Shown here: piece by piece, positions 50,513-59,735 of the stretch
How positions within the stretch are numbered: position 1 is the first letter of the stretch
How the letters are laid out: each line of letters starts with the position of its first letter
Source: Gemmatimonas sp.
GTDB taxonomy: Bacteria; Gemmatimonadota; Gemmatimonadetes; Gemmatimonadales; Gemmatimonadaceae
Direction: 5' to 3'
Assembly: GCA_965279375.1 (NCBI GenBank)
Contig: OZ257156.1
Coordinates: 864,001-928,000, forward strand
Length of the DNA stretch: 64,000 nt
The notes under the pieces: generated by a model
Databases searched by the model: none
What the model saw: the letters and a program-made list of their open reading frames with translations, nothing else
Told to the model about the DNA's origin: nothing
Made by a program: the position numbers and the translations under genes

Positions 50513-52978
50513 TTACGACACGATGTTCACAAGTACTGGCGAGACGTAGACCACGCGACGCGGTTCTCTTCCATTCAGGTGCCGCTGCACCACCTCGCTG
50601 GCTGCCGCCGCCGCTTTGGTCTCATCAGGCGCGAGACTCGCGTTGACGCGAATACGGTCTCGCACTCTTCCGTTGACCTGCACCACGAGGAGATGCGTCT
50701 CCGCTCGCACCGCGCTCTCGTCCACGGTAGGCCAGCGTTGGAGGTGCACCGAGTATGGCTTTCCCATTCGGCACCACAGTTCCTCGGCTATGTGCGGCAT
50801 GAGGGGTGCTAGCATGAGAACGAGCATGTCACACGCCTCGACCCATTCGTGCGTCCCCTCGAGTCCGTCGCGCTGAGCTTCGATGAGATCACTGGTGAAC
50901 TGCATGAGCGACGGCACGACGGTGTTGAATGCGAACCTGTCAAGGTCGTTGGTCACTGACAGTAGCGTACGATGCGCGCTGGCCTTGAGGGCGGTGCGAG
51001 CGGCCGCACTGGCCACCGGCTCCGTAGGATGCTCCCTGCGCGTCGCGAGCAACGCCCACACGCGCCGCACCCAGCGCGCGGAACCTTCAATGGCTTTTTC
51101 GTTCCATGGTCCCCCCTGGTCCCAGCGGGCGAACCATGCCAAGTACACGCGGACAACGTCTGCACCGTAGCGGTCGACGAGATCGTCCGGAGCGACCACG
51201 TTCCCCTTCGACTTCGACATCTTCGTCGCATCCGCGCCCAAGATCGGGCCTTGGTTGCGAAGCTGGAGCATCGGCTCGGGACCACTCGTGAGTCCGATGT
51301 CGCGAAGCGCCTTGTGGAAGAAGCGCGTGTAAATCAGGTGCATCGTCGCGTGTTCGACACCGCCAGTGTAGGTGTCGACCGGCATCCAGTAGGCGTACTC
51401 CTCCTTGGAGAACGGACCCGCATCGTCGTGCGGGCTCAGGTAGCGAAGGTGGTACCAGGATGAACAGACGAACGTGTCCATGGTGTCGGAATCCCGCTCC
51501 GCATCACCGCCGCAGCGCGAACACTGCGTCATCCGCCAAGTCGGGTGCAGTTTGAGAGGGCTTTCTCCAGTTGGGAGCCACTCCACGTCTTCGGGAAGGG
51601 TGACAGGCAGCTCACCGTCCGGAACCAGCACCGGACCGCACGACTGGCAGTGCACGACGGGAATGGGCGCTCCCCAGTACCGCTGCCGTGATACCAGCCA
51701 GTCACGGAGCCGATATTGTACAGTGCGGTGGCCGACGCCCTTGTTCTCGAGAAACTCGATGGTGCGACCGATTGCGTCGGCAGCCGAGGTTCCCGTGAGC
51801 GATCCCGAGTCCACCATGCGACCACGGCCGGTCCAGGGGAGCTTCGGACCCTTGGACGAGTCCGTGACATCGGTCGGCTGGAGCACCTGCCGGACCTTAA
51901 GTTCGTAGCGTGTCGCGAAGTCGAAATCCCGCTGGTCGTGCGCCGGCACACCCATTACCGCCCCAGTGCCGTACCTCGCGAGGACATAGTCGGCAACCCA
52001 GATCGGCACCCGGTCACCGGTCAACGGGTGGGTAGCAAAGGCGCCTGTATCGACGCCTGTCTTGACGCCGTCCGTCGATTCACGCTGAACGTCCGACTGG
52101 CGTAACGCGGCGGAAACATACGACATGACGGGATCGCGCTGGTCGACCTTCAGAAGCCGCGGAAGAAGCGGGTGCTCGGGGGCGATCGCGAGGAAGGTGA
52201 CGCCCCATAGTGTGTCCGGGCGCGTCGTGAACACTTCCAGCGATTCCCCGGCATCCGTCGCGAATCGAACGAGAGCTCCTTCGGACCGACCGATCCAGTT
52301 GGTCTGCGCAAGCTGCACGCGCTCGGGCCAATCCAAGCCTGAGAAGTCCAGCAGCTCTTCGGCGTATCGCGTCGTTCGAAAGAACCACTGCTCCAGTTCA
52401 CGCCGCGTCACGGGGGATTCGCAGCGTTCACAGATACGGTCGTCGGTGATAACCTGTTCGCGCGCTAGGGTCGTGTTGCACCCAGGACACCAGTCCACGG
52501 CGGCGCGCTTACGGTACGCAAGCCCGGCCTTGAAGAGCCAGACGAATAGTTGCTGTGTCCAGCGATAATACTCGGTGTCGGACGATACCATCTCGCGCCT
52601 CCAATCGAACATCGCGCCCATGCGCTGAAGCTGGCTGCGCATGCGATCGATGCTGGCGTAGGTCCACTGCGCCGGGTGCACGCCGTTCTTGATCGCGGCG
52701 TTTTCCGCCGGGAGCCCGAACGCATCGAAGCCCATCGGGAAGAGCACATTGAACCCCTGCATGCGCATGAACCTTGCCCGCATGTCGGACGGCACCATGG
52801 CATACCAGTGACCGATGTGGAGGGCGCCCGACGGATACGGCAGCATCGTGAGCGCAAAGTGCTTGGGACGCGTATGGTCGACGCGCGCACGATCGATGCC
52901 GTCCGCGGCCCAGCGCGCCTGCCAACGGGTCTCGACCTCTCCCGGCCGGTATTCTGATCTAATCTTCGCATCGACCAT
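50513..52978 (-). CDS. leuS: Leucine--tRNA ligase (probably an accessory copy)
   Basis: PYPSG.LHIGH, CP1 FTTRPDT and GTGAVMGVPAHDQRD, SRQRYWG, KMSKS. Confidence 0.97.
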   Translation of the reverse strand: MVDAKIRSEYRPGEVETRWQARWAADGIDRARVDHTRPKHFALTMLPYPSGALHIGHWYAMVPSDMRARFMRMQGFNVLFPMGFDAFGLPAENAAIKNGVHPAQWTYASIDRMRSQLQRMGAMFDWRREMVSSDTEYYRWTQQLFVWLFKAGLAYRKRAAVDWCPGCNTTLAREQVITDDRICERCESPVTRRELEQWFFRTTRYAEELLDFSGLDWPERVQLAQTNWIGRSEGALVRFATDAGESLEVFTTRPDTLWGVTFLAIAPEHPLLPRLLKVDQRDPVMSYVSAALRQSDVQRESTDGVKTGVDTGAFATHPLTGDRVPIWVADYVLARYGTGAVMGVPAHDQRDFDFATRYELKVRQVLQPTDVTDSSKGPKLPWTGRGRMVDSGSLTGTSAADAIGRTIEFLENKGVGHRTVQYRLRDWLVSRQRYWGAPIPVVHCQSCGPVLVPDGELPVTLPEDVEWLPTGESPLKLHPTWRMTQCSRCGGDAERDSDTMDTFVCSSWYHLRYLSPHDDAGPFSKEEYAYWMPVDTYTGGVEHATMHLIYTRFFHKALRDIGLTSGPEPMLQLRNQGPILGADATKMSKSKGNVVAPDDLVDRYGADVVRVYLAWFARWDQGGPWNEKAIEGSARWVRRVWALLATRREHPTEPVASAAARTALKASAHRTLLSVTNDLDRFAFNTVVPSLMQFTSDLIEAQRDGLEGTHEWVEACDMLVLMLAPLMPHIAEELWCRMGKPYSVHLQRWPTVDESAVRAETHLLVVQVNGRVRDRIRVNASLAPDETKAAAAASEVVQRHLNGREPRRVVYVSPVLVNIVS

Positions 52979-53029
52979 TGCGTTGTCCTCGTTTTTGCGT
53001 CGTGGCGCGCAGGATTCCCGTACGCCGAA

Positions 53030-54340
53030 TCAGGCGGCGAGCTGAGAGTCGTTGAGTGTGAGGCACTGGTAGGCCGCGTGGATCGTGGCCGCGTCCACGC
53101 CGCCCATGAGGCGTGCTTCGCGACAGAGACCACGAACGCACTCGCGGGCGATCGCTCGCGAATCGTCGTTGACGCGCTCTGCGTCCCACGTCGGTAGGAG
53201 CTCGTGCGACACCGCGACAACGCCGCCGCCGGAAACAATGGGATCGGGGATGAACACAATGCCAACGGCCGTGAACTCCTGAAGCAGCGCGTCGCCGCGA
53301 TGCTCGATCGAGCCGAGTTGGTCGTTGCCGGCGCCGAGGATCAGGCGAACGCGTGCGCCCGCGCGGCGAGCCGCGGCCAGGATCTCACCTCGGGTGCGCA
53401 GATCGCCGACGGGGCGCGTGCCTAGGAAATCGGTGCCTCCTCCGTTCGGGCTGACGACCTCGACCGTCGGATCTTCGAGCGCGGCAACCTCAGAGTCGAA
53501 GACGCTGCCACGCTCGACCAATCGGCGCAGCAGCGCCAGGTGGCGCTCTTCATCGACCTCGCCGCCGCGCGCCTTTGTGGCACGATAGAGACGATCCGCG
53601 GAATCGAGGGACGGATCGAGTTGCGGATCGAACACAACGACGTCGGCGCCAGCGCGATCGAGCAGGTACGCGAGAGGGAGACCAACCTTGCCGAGACCAA
53701 GAACGAGCACCCGAACCTCATCCAAGGATGTCTGGCCCTGCAGCTCCTCGATCGTCTCGAGCAGGCCCGCCTTCACGCCTTCCGCTGTCGCCTCACCAGT
53801 GTCACGTCCGCACTTGAGGCCGATCGTGTAATCGGTGAGGGAGTTCATCAGTTCCAGGTCCGCGTGACTCAGGCCCTGATCAAGCGAGCCAAGGTAGTCG
53901 CCAGCAATGAAGTTCAGGAGCGCCGCATGCGCGCGAAGGCGAGCCTCTCCCACGCCGGTGCCACCGGGGCCGAGTTTGTGCTCCGCAGGAACCCAGATCG
54001 TCCCCTTGCCTCCGGCCCACGAGTAGTGCCGCACGTCGGGTCCCAAGCGGCACGCCGCTCCATAGATGAGCGTCGTCTTGGCGTCCATGGCCCGCGCGAG
54101 CGCCCCAGCGGTGCGCAAGGCATGGGTGTGATCAGGGCACTGAACGATCCGGGTGCCACCAAGACCGACGCGGTTACCCCCCAACGCGGTCTTCGAGACG
54201 ACGACCGAGCTGTAGATCCGGGCGTCGGGGGCGACCGAAGACCCGTTGAAGGCTTCGAAAAGGACGTAGCCGCCATCGAATCGCGCGGGACCTCGAAGTG
54301 TGAGATCCCCCTGCTGAACTTCGCGGTAGTGCATCGACAT
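53030..54340 (-). CDS. Divergent Glu/Leu/Phe/Val dehydrogenase (leucine dehydrogenase-like)
   Basis: LGGTR, LARAMDAK, GGKG, ATAEGV, GLGKVG, GAGND, PD.IVSGGGV. Confidence 0.8.
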   Translation of the reverse strand: MSMHYREVQQGDLTLRGPARFDGGYVLFEAFNGSSVAPDARIYSSVVVSKTALGGNRVGLGGTRIVQCPDHTHALRTAGALARAMDAKTTLIYGAACRLGPDVRHYSWAGGKGTIWVPAEHKLGPGGTGVGEARLRAHAALLNFIAGDYLGSLDQGLSHADLELMNSLTDYTIGLKCGRDTGEATAEGVKAGLLETIEELQGQTSLDEVRVLVLGLGKVGLPLAYLLDRAGADVVVFDPQLDPSLDSADRLYRATKARGGEVDEERHLALLRRLVERGSVFDSEVAALEDPTVEVVSPNGGGTDFLGTRPVGDLRTRGEILAAARRAGARVRLILGAGNDQLGSIEHRGDALLQEFTAVGIVFIPDPIVSGGGVVAVSHELLPTWDAERVNDDSRAIARECVRGLCREARLMGGVDAATIHAAYQCLTLNDSQLAA

Positions 54341-54431
54341 GGCCTTTCTCTCGCACGAAAAGGGTGAGCCCGAGCAAAGGACGGACGGCAGGCCAGCCGC
54401 ATCTGCGCAGGCGGTCAATCTACTTACCGCG

Positions 54432-54460
54432 ATAATATATCATATTTATCTTCATTGCAA
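54432..54460 (-). promoter_or_regulatory. Sigma70-type promoter for the dehydrogenase-leuS-E1 operon
   Basis: TTGCAA-N17-TATTAT on the minus strand, in an AT-rich patch. Confidence 0.65.
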
Positions 54461-54529
54461 GAGTTTATATCGATTAAAATAGCCTAAGGTATCGAGTTGA
54501 GTGCGTTCCGCGGGGAGGCGTCGTTGGGT

Positions 54530-54559
54530 TTGACGGATTATCTATGGAGCTCGTAGTAT
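54530..54559 (+). promoter_or_regulatory. Sigma70-type promoter for the RSH-STAND / STAND-wHTH pair
   Basis: TTGACG-N18-TAGTAT; GGAGAG RBS before ATG 54605. Confidence 0.55.
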
Positions 54560-54604
54560 TCCTTCGGGGGATTCATAGACGGGCCGATAATCGTTGGAGA
54601 GAAC

Positions 54605-57600
54605 ATGATGAATACCGAGCCGAACGGAGATAGATTTCACACCCCGTTGATGCGTGGCGCCGGGACCGGTGCGGTCCTCGCCGTTCCGGCAAGCCGTGTG
54701 GAGTGGGATCACTGTCAACGCCTTGCGGCGATCCTTCACCAGCGGTTCGACGATCCCGTGCTCACCGAAGCGGGGTTGCTGCACGGCATAGGTGCCCACG
54801 CAGTTGAACGACTCGGCGCGAGCGGAAGGCCAGAGGTCGTCGCGATTCTCGAGGATGTCGAAAAGCTTCGCGCGCTTGAGTTCCGTGACGAGGATCTGAC
54901 GGGAAGTGCTCTTCGAAACGTCTTGCCGCTTCTACGGGATCCGCGGTCCGGCGTGCTGCTGGCGTTCGACCAACTGGACCACGTCGACCCCGATCAATCC
55001 TTTAGACGATGGAGCGCAAAGTTCCACCGTCTTCCCGAGATCGGCGTGGACGCGCTTCCGAGAGAGACCGCGCATCTCGACCCGTTAGTGGAACTCGGGT
55101 CCTATCCACGATTTCTTCGCCGCGTGGTGGCTCCGGTCGCCGCACTCAGTGGATTTTGGCGCGAGCGAAATGCTCTGGATGACTGCGCAACCCTGATTTG
55201 GGACCCCGATCGTGCTAAGGACATCTCCATCGAGGTGAGGCGAGCATCGGGGGCGTGTCGACGCTTGGTTGGGGAAATTGAGGCTTCCTTTGGCGATGGA
55301 GCCGACGCTTCGGTGCTTTGGGAGTGGCGGCACCTCGGTCGGCTGGATCGAGAACTTCCGCGGTCGAACGATCAACTTGCCAGCGCTTTCGATGCACGCA
55401 TCGGAACCCTCGGCTTCGTCACGGTCGTGTGCGTGGACGAGGACGAGTGCTACCGGCTTCTAGGCCGCATTCATCGTCACTTCGAGGGGAGGGGGGAGGC
55501 GTTCCGGGACTATATCGGCAACAAGAAGGGCGACGACTACCGTGCGCTCCACACGCGCGTGGGTCGCCAAGGAGCGGGACGCGGTCCGCGAGAGATCTCC
55601 ATCCGCTTGATTTCCCGAAGTGATGACTTGAAACGAAGCCAGCCGGCTCGACGGTGGCATGATCTGCGCCCGACGAATCCCGCCGGTCCGATGCGCGTGT
55701 TCACCCTCCACGGCGACCCGGTCGATCTTCAGCCGGGTGCTACTGTGGCTGCGTTCGCGGTCGAGGTACACGACGCTCTGCTATTCTACGCGATCGGCGC
55801 CCGGGTCAACCGTCGAACGGTCGAGCTAAACTACAAGTTGTCGCCCGGCGACGTCGTTGAAGTGCTAAAGAGCGAGCGGCTGCAGCCGCTTCCGTCTACT
55901 TGGAAGACTTGGATCCCCGAGATTCTGCCGCAGTCGACGACTTCGTTAAGGGAGTCGACGCCGAACCCAACGCATCGAAGAGTGCGAAAGGCGTATAAAC
56001 GCTTGTTCGAGAGCGAACTCGGCCGGCAGGGATACGCTGAGCTGGAACGACATCTCATACGAGAAGGAATCCGTCGGGTTCCCAGCATGGACGAGATCGG
56101 CCGATTCATTCTTGCGGCAGTGAACTCTTTGTCGGGAGCGCCCCGCAGCGCATGGCTGGACGCGGATTGGTGGTTGCAGCAGATCGGGGCGCTGGTCTAC
56201 AACTCAAAAGACTTCGACCCACTCTTCGAAGTTCAACTCACGAAGGATTTCCAAGGTCTTCTCTTCGAGAAAGTTCGAGACTTGGTCGCCGCCAGCCAGC
56301 TCTGTGAGGAGCTCGGTATCGATCCGCGGACGGCTGGTACTTTCTCTCTGGTACGATGCTCGGCCTGCCATCCTACGACGAGCGACCAAATCCTCGTCGA
56401 ACGGACATACTCGCTACTCACGCTGCACAGGGCCGGTGCTGACTGCGCCAAGGACGCTAGGCCGGTCGACGCCATTGGTCCCTTCGAAGATCAGTTCCTC
56501 TGGATTGAAGGACCGAATAGAGTGGGGTTTGCGGCGACTGTCGCCGAAACATTTTCGAAACACGGTATCGACATCGAGGAGATCATCGCACGAGCGATAA
56601 ATCAGCAGCGAGCTGCCGTCAGGGTGCAGCTGGCGCCTCTGCCGGCTACTCGACTGAAGCAGGTCCTCGAAACATTGCGATCGAACCATGGACTGAAGGT
56701 GACCGACCCGGACGCCGGCCAAGCGACCAGTGAAGAGCGAAATCACTTTCCTCCACGGTCAATGCGCTCGGCCACCCCGCTGACAGATTTCGTTGACTCG
56801 CCATACCGCGTCGGTGACGCACTCTATCAGGACGCGGATTTCTACGGTCAGCAAAGCTCTCTGACGAAACTAAGGACCATCTTTGAAGGCCTGTTGGCGA
56901 ACCCACGTGGTCACGGCCGTCGTTGCTCGATACTGGGGCCGATTAAGGTGGGGAAGACATCGCTGGCGCTCGCGTTCCTCCGCAGGATGTCGAAGGACCA
57001 CGATAGGGTGACGACGATTTATGAGCGGGCGACCCAAACAATGACGTGGCAGGAGATGGAGGCGAATCTTCGAGAGACGATCCTGAAAGAATCTGCCGAG
57101 GTTGCCGCACGCAACAATCGTTCTTTCGACCTTCCACCCGACATCGCACGCAACACGAACATGTACACGGTCGTCAATTCTGTGCGCGAACGTACCGGCG
57201 GTCCAATGATTATCGTGATCGACGAAGCACCGTGGCTGTTCAAAACCTCGCACGAGGGCGGAGAGGCATCCCGACTCGCAGAGGTGGTAGCGCAGCTGCT
57301 TCGAGCCGGCGTGATGTTGATCTGCGTTGGCCCCAAAGTCGGATTCGAGCGTATCCCACCGCGCTTGAGGCCGATCCTTCGCGATGGGACCGATGTCTCC
57401 GTCGACAAGCTGACGCTTCTTGAGGTTCGGGACCTGCTCTTAGCGCGACAGAAGGGAGGTCGATACTCCATCCTGATCGAATCCGGCATTGCCGAAGCTG
57501 TCATGAAAGCAACAAGAGGGAATCCGTTCTGGACAGCCGCGCTCGCAGACAAAATGTGGGAGCTGAACCATGAACGGTACGACAAGACCGTTTTTGAGAA

Positions 57601-57946
57601 CGCGCAAGCTCGTCTGGCGCGTGACAAAATAAAGTTCTACGACCGCTGGGATGATGAGGATCAGTCTTGGCATCCAAATTCGACGATCAAAGGAATTGTC
57701 CGCAAGCTCCTGCAGGAGCTTGCGAAAGAGACTCCTCCCACGGACAAGATGGTTCGAATGCGTACCCAGACTGCTCTCCGCCGTCTGGCGGATGATTCAA
57801 TTCCCTCCGCTGACGAGCTACTCAAAGAACTCGAAGATCTTGGAACCATAGAGCTAAACGCTGAGAGCGCCGGCAAGGATCAGATGTGGTCGCTCGCGGC
57901 ACCAATTTTGGCGCTTCATCTTCGAGAGCATCTTCACAATGCGTGA
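54605..57946 (+). CDS. Degenerate long RelA/SpoT homologue (HD*-SYNTH*-TGS-ZFD-ACT) fused to a STAND-like P-loop ATPase
   Basis: AGLLHG; ECYRLLGRIH..FRDYIG..YRALHT..EISIR; TGS RVFT..GAT..FA..VH..GARVN..L..GDVVEV; RCSACHP..HR; ACT GPNRVG; GPIKVGKTS, IVIDE, GNP. Confidence 0.85.
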   Translation: MMNTEPNGDRFHTPLMRGAGTGAVLAVPASRVEWDHCQRLAAILHQRFDDPVLTEAGLLHGIGAHAVERLGASGRPEVVAILEDVEKLRALEFRDEDLTGSALRNVLPLLRDPRSGVLLAFDQLDHVDPDQSFRRWSAKFHRLPEIGVDALPRETAHLDPLVELGSYPRFLRRVVAPVAALSGFWRERNALDDCATLIWDPDRAKDISIEVRRASGACRRLVGEIEASFGDGADASVLWEWRHLGRLDRELPRSNDQLASAFDARIGTLGFVTVVCVDEDECYRLLGRIHRHFEGRGEAFRDYIGNKKGDDYRALHTRVGRQGAGRGPREISIRLISRSDDLKRSQPARRWHDLRPTNPAGPMRVFTLHGDPVDLQPGATVAAFAVEVHDALLFYAIGARVNRRTVELNYKLSPGDVVEVLKSERLQPLPSTWKTWIPEILPQSTTSLRESTPNPTHRRVRKAYKRLFESELGRQGYAELERHLIREGIRRVPSMDEIGRFILAAVNSLSGAPRSAWLDADWWLQQIGALVYNSKDFDPLFEVQLTKDFQGLLFEKVRDLVAASQLCEELGIDPRTAGTFSLVRCSACHPTTSDQILVERTYSLLTLHRAGADCAKDARPVDAIGPFEDQFLWIEGPNRVGFAATVAETFSKHGIDIEEIIARAINQQRAAVRVQLAPLPATRLKQVLETLRSNHGLKVTDPDAGQATSEERNHFPPRSMRSATPLTDFVDSPYRVGDALYQDADFYGQQSSLTKLRTIFEGLLANPRGHGRRCSILGPIKVGKTSLALAFLRRMSKDHDRVTTIYERATQTMTWQEMEANLRETILKESAEVAARNNRSFDLPPDIARNTNMYTVVNSVRERTGGPMIIVIDEAPWLFKTSHEGGEASRLAEVVAQLLRAGVMLICVGPKVGFERIPPRLRPILRDGTDVSVDKLTLLEVRDLLLARQKGGRYSILIESGIAEAVMKATRGNPFWTAALADKMWELNHERYDKTVFENAQARLARDKIKFYDRWDDEDQSWHPNSTIKGIVRKLLQELAKETPPTDKMVRMRTQTALRRLADDSIPSADELLKELEDLGTIELNAESAGKDQMWSLAAPILALHLREHLHNA

Positions 57947-59306
57947 TCCGACGCAGATGGGTGGCGGAGCCCCTGCAAATTCTCCGCCAGCTGAGTTCAA
58001 CGGTAACCCGTTCTTCTTCGACGAGCTGATAACGCCGTTGAGCCGGACACTGAAAGAACAAGGCCGATACCTCCGCGGATTTAGGGGGGCAGGAAAAACT
58101 CACATCCTGCGAGCGTTCTCGGTGATCGCCGAATCGATGCTTCTGATGAACCGAAGCCTGAGGGATCGGCCAATCATCTCACCGCTCGATCGGTCGGCGG
58201 AAGAAATCGACATCGTGCTGCGTGACATCGCGCGATCGAAAGGATCGAAGGGAGTTGTCCTCATCGACGACCTAGATCTTCTGCTAGAGCACTCGCAAAA
58301 AGATGGCTTGGACCGCTGGGACTCGCTTTCCGACTCACTGGAGCGGATTTTCACCAGACTTGAGAATGTGCACATTCTCTTCACGACCACCCGCAATCCA
58401 GTTGACATCGGAACGCGGAATCAGATGCTCTCCAACTTCTTGCAAAATGCTCGGGAGCAGCCGCTTGAGCCTTGGAAAACCGCAGAAGAGTGGCACCGAA
58501 AAGTGCGGGATATTCTGGGAGCAAGTCTCGGAGGGGACGCGTGCAGCACTGACGTCGTGGCGAAAGGCATAGTCATACTGAGCGGAGGTCATCCGACCCT
58601 CATCGGTGCCGCCGTGCGGCGGATTCGGAAAACGATGTCGCAGTCGAGCGGATGGATCCCCCCGACCAGGCTTGCGCCCGTGCTCAAGGAGATCCCGCGC
58701 CTTCTCACCGACGACGGCCTCCCGTCTATTAGACGTCGCATCTTAGCGCTGGCCCCAGACCAGCGTAGGGCGCTGGCAGATCTGGCAGGGCATAGCGTAG
58801 GCTACCGTGCGCTCCTCGAGAGGCGAATCGGCGAGGAGCTCACAAATGCAGGGCTTGTACGCAGGCATGACGGCCATCGCGAAGGTCAGCGCGAGTATTC
58901 GATTCCGTCCCCGCTAATTCGGGAAGAGGCATCTGCCGAGCTTTCTTCCCGGGTGGACGATTTCGTTTTGCTTGACCCGTCGACAAGTAATCCAGACCAA
59001 GAAGGCGCGGTGGTCGCCGGTTCGGGATCGACGACTCGCATCGTCAGTCTAAGCGGTCGTTCATGGCAACTCGCGCGTGTGCTCTATGACAACGCGGGGA
59101 AACCGCTGGCGCCCGACGAACTAAATCGACTGCTCGGAGAATTGGTGACCGAAACAGGAAAGCCATTCGTCGTTCACGCCGCGCTCCAACGACTCAGGTC
59201 TTCATTGAAGAACGAGCTGCCGAATCTACTACAAACACATCGCGGCAGCGGATACCTGTTTGACGTACCGCAGCTGCGAGATTACTCCAGGCGACCCAGT
59301 GCTTGA
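57939..59306 (+). CDS. STAND-like ATPase with C-terminal OmpR-type winged-helix DNA-binding domain
   Basis: NPF, GFRGAGKT, LIDDLD, GGHP; C-terminal LS...QL..L..NAGK..EL..RLR..L..QTHRGSGY. Confidence 0.8.
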   Translation: MRDPTQMGGGAPANSPPAEFNGNPFFFDELITPLSRTLKEQGRYLRGFRGAGKTHILRAFSVIAESMLLMNRSLRDRPIISPLDRSAEEIDIVLRDIARSKGSKGVVLIDDLDLLLEHSQKDGLDRWDSLSDSLERIFTRLENVHILFTTTRNPVDIGTRNQMLSNFLQNAREQPLEPWKTAEEWHRKVRDILGASLGGDACSTDVVAKGIVILSGGHPTLIGAAVRRIRKTMSQSSGWIPPTRLAPVLKEIPRLLTDDGLPSIRRRILALAPDQRRALADLAGHSVGYRALLERRIGEELTNAGLVRRHDGHREGQREYSIPSPLIREEASAELSSRVDDFVLLDPSTSNPDQEGAVVAGSGSTTRIVSLSGRSWQLARVLYDNAGKPLAPDELNRLLGELVTETGKPFVVHAALQRLRSSLKNELPNLLQTHRGSGYLFDVPQLRDYSRRPSA

Positions 59307-59735
59307 CATAGCGCCGTGCACGAGACCCTTCAGAAAGTCTGCTGAGAACGAGGCCCAAATCATTGGTGGCGGGCGCTACACCGGTCGCTGCGGCGCGGTT
59401 GTGGTTTGTCGACCCTCGCCCCATCGAGCCTACCTTAGCAATTCCGCGCTCACTTTCTTGGCGGCGATTTTGGCCAGCTCGCTTGGAACGCGAGACTTCG
59501 AAACGCCTAACCGTCGCTGTTCGGCTCTGCCTGTGCCCTGCGACTAGACCCCGTGCGAGCGGGAATCCGGTACGAGTCCCGCTCGCCCGCGACGTGAAGG
59601 TGTTCTACTATCCTGGCGTTACAATAGAGGTGGTTTTGCGCTGCTGGGGGTGCGAGAGGACGACGGGCCGGTATTCGCGCACCGTAGGACGTCCCGAACG
59701 TGGGCTTCGCTATGTCTGTTACGGTGAATGGCGCC

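Noticed and set aside
54605..57946. Annotation as a functional relA/spoT gene
   Set aside because: Catalytic motifs are altered and an extra ATPase domain is fused; gene symbol withheld
59505..59511. Internal gcctaac as an extra attC inside the 12 kb unit
   Set aside because: No complementary arm or unpaired-base pattern found by eye; a covariance-model scan would settle it
59307..59735. Short ORFs between the wHTH gene and attC-C
   Set aside because: No convincing start, RBS or recognisable motif
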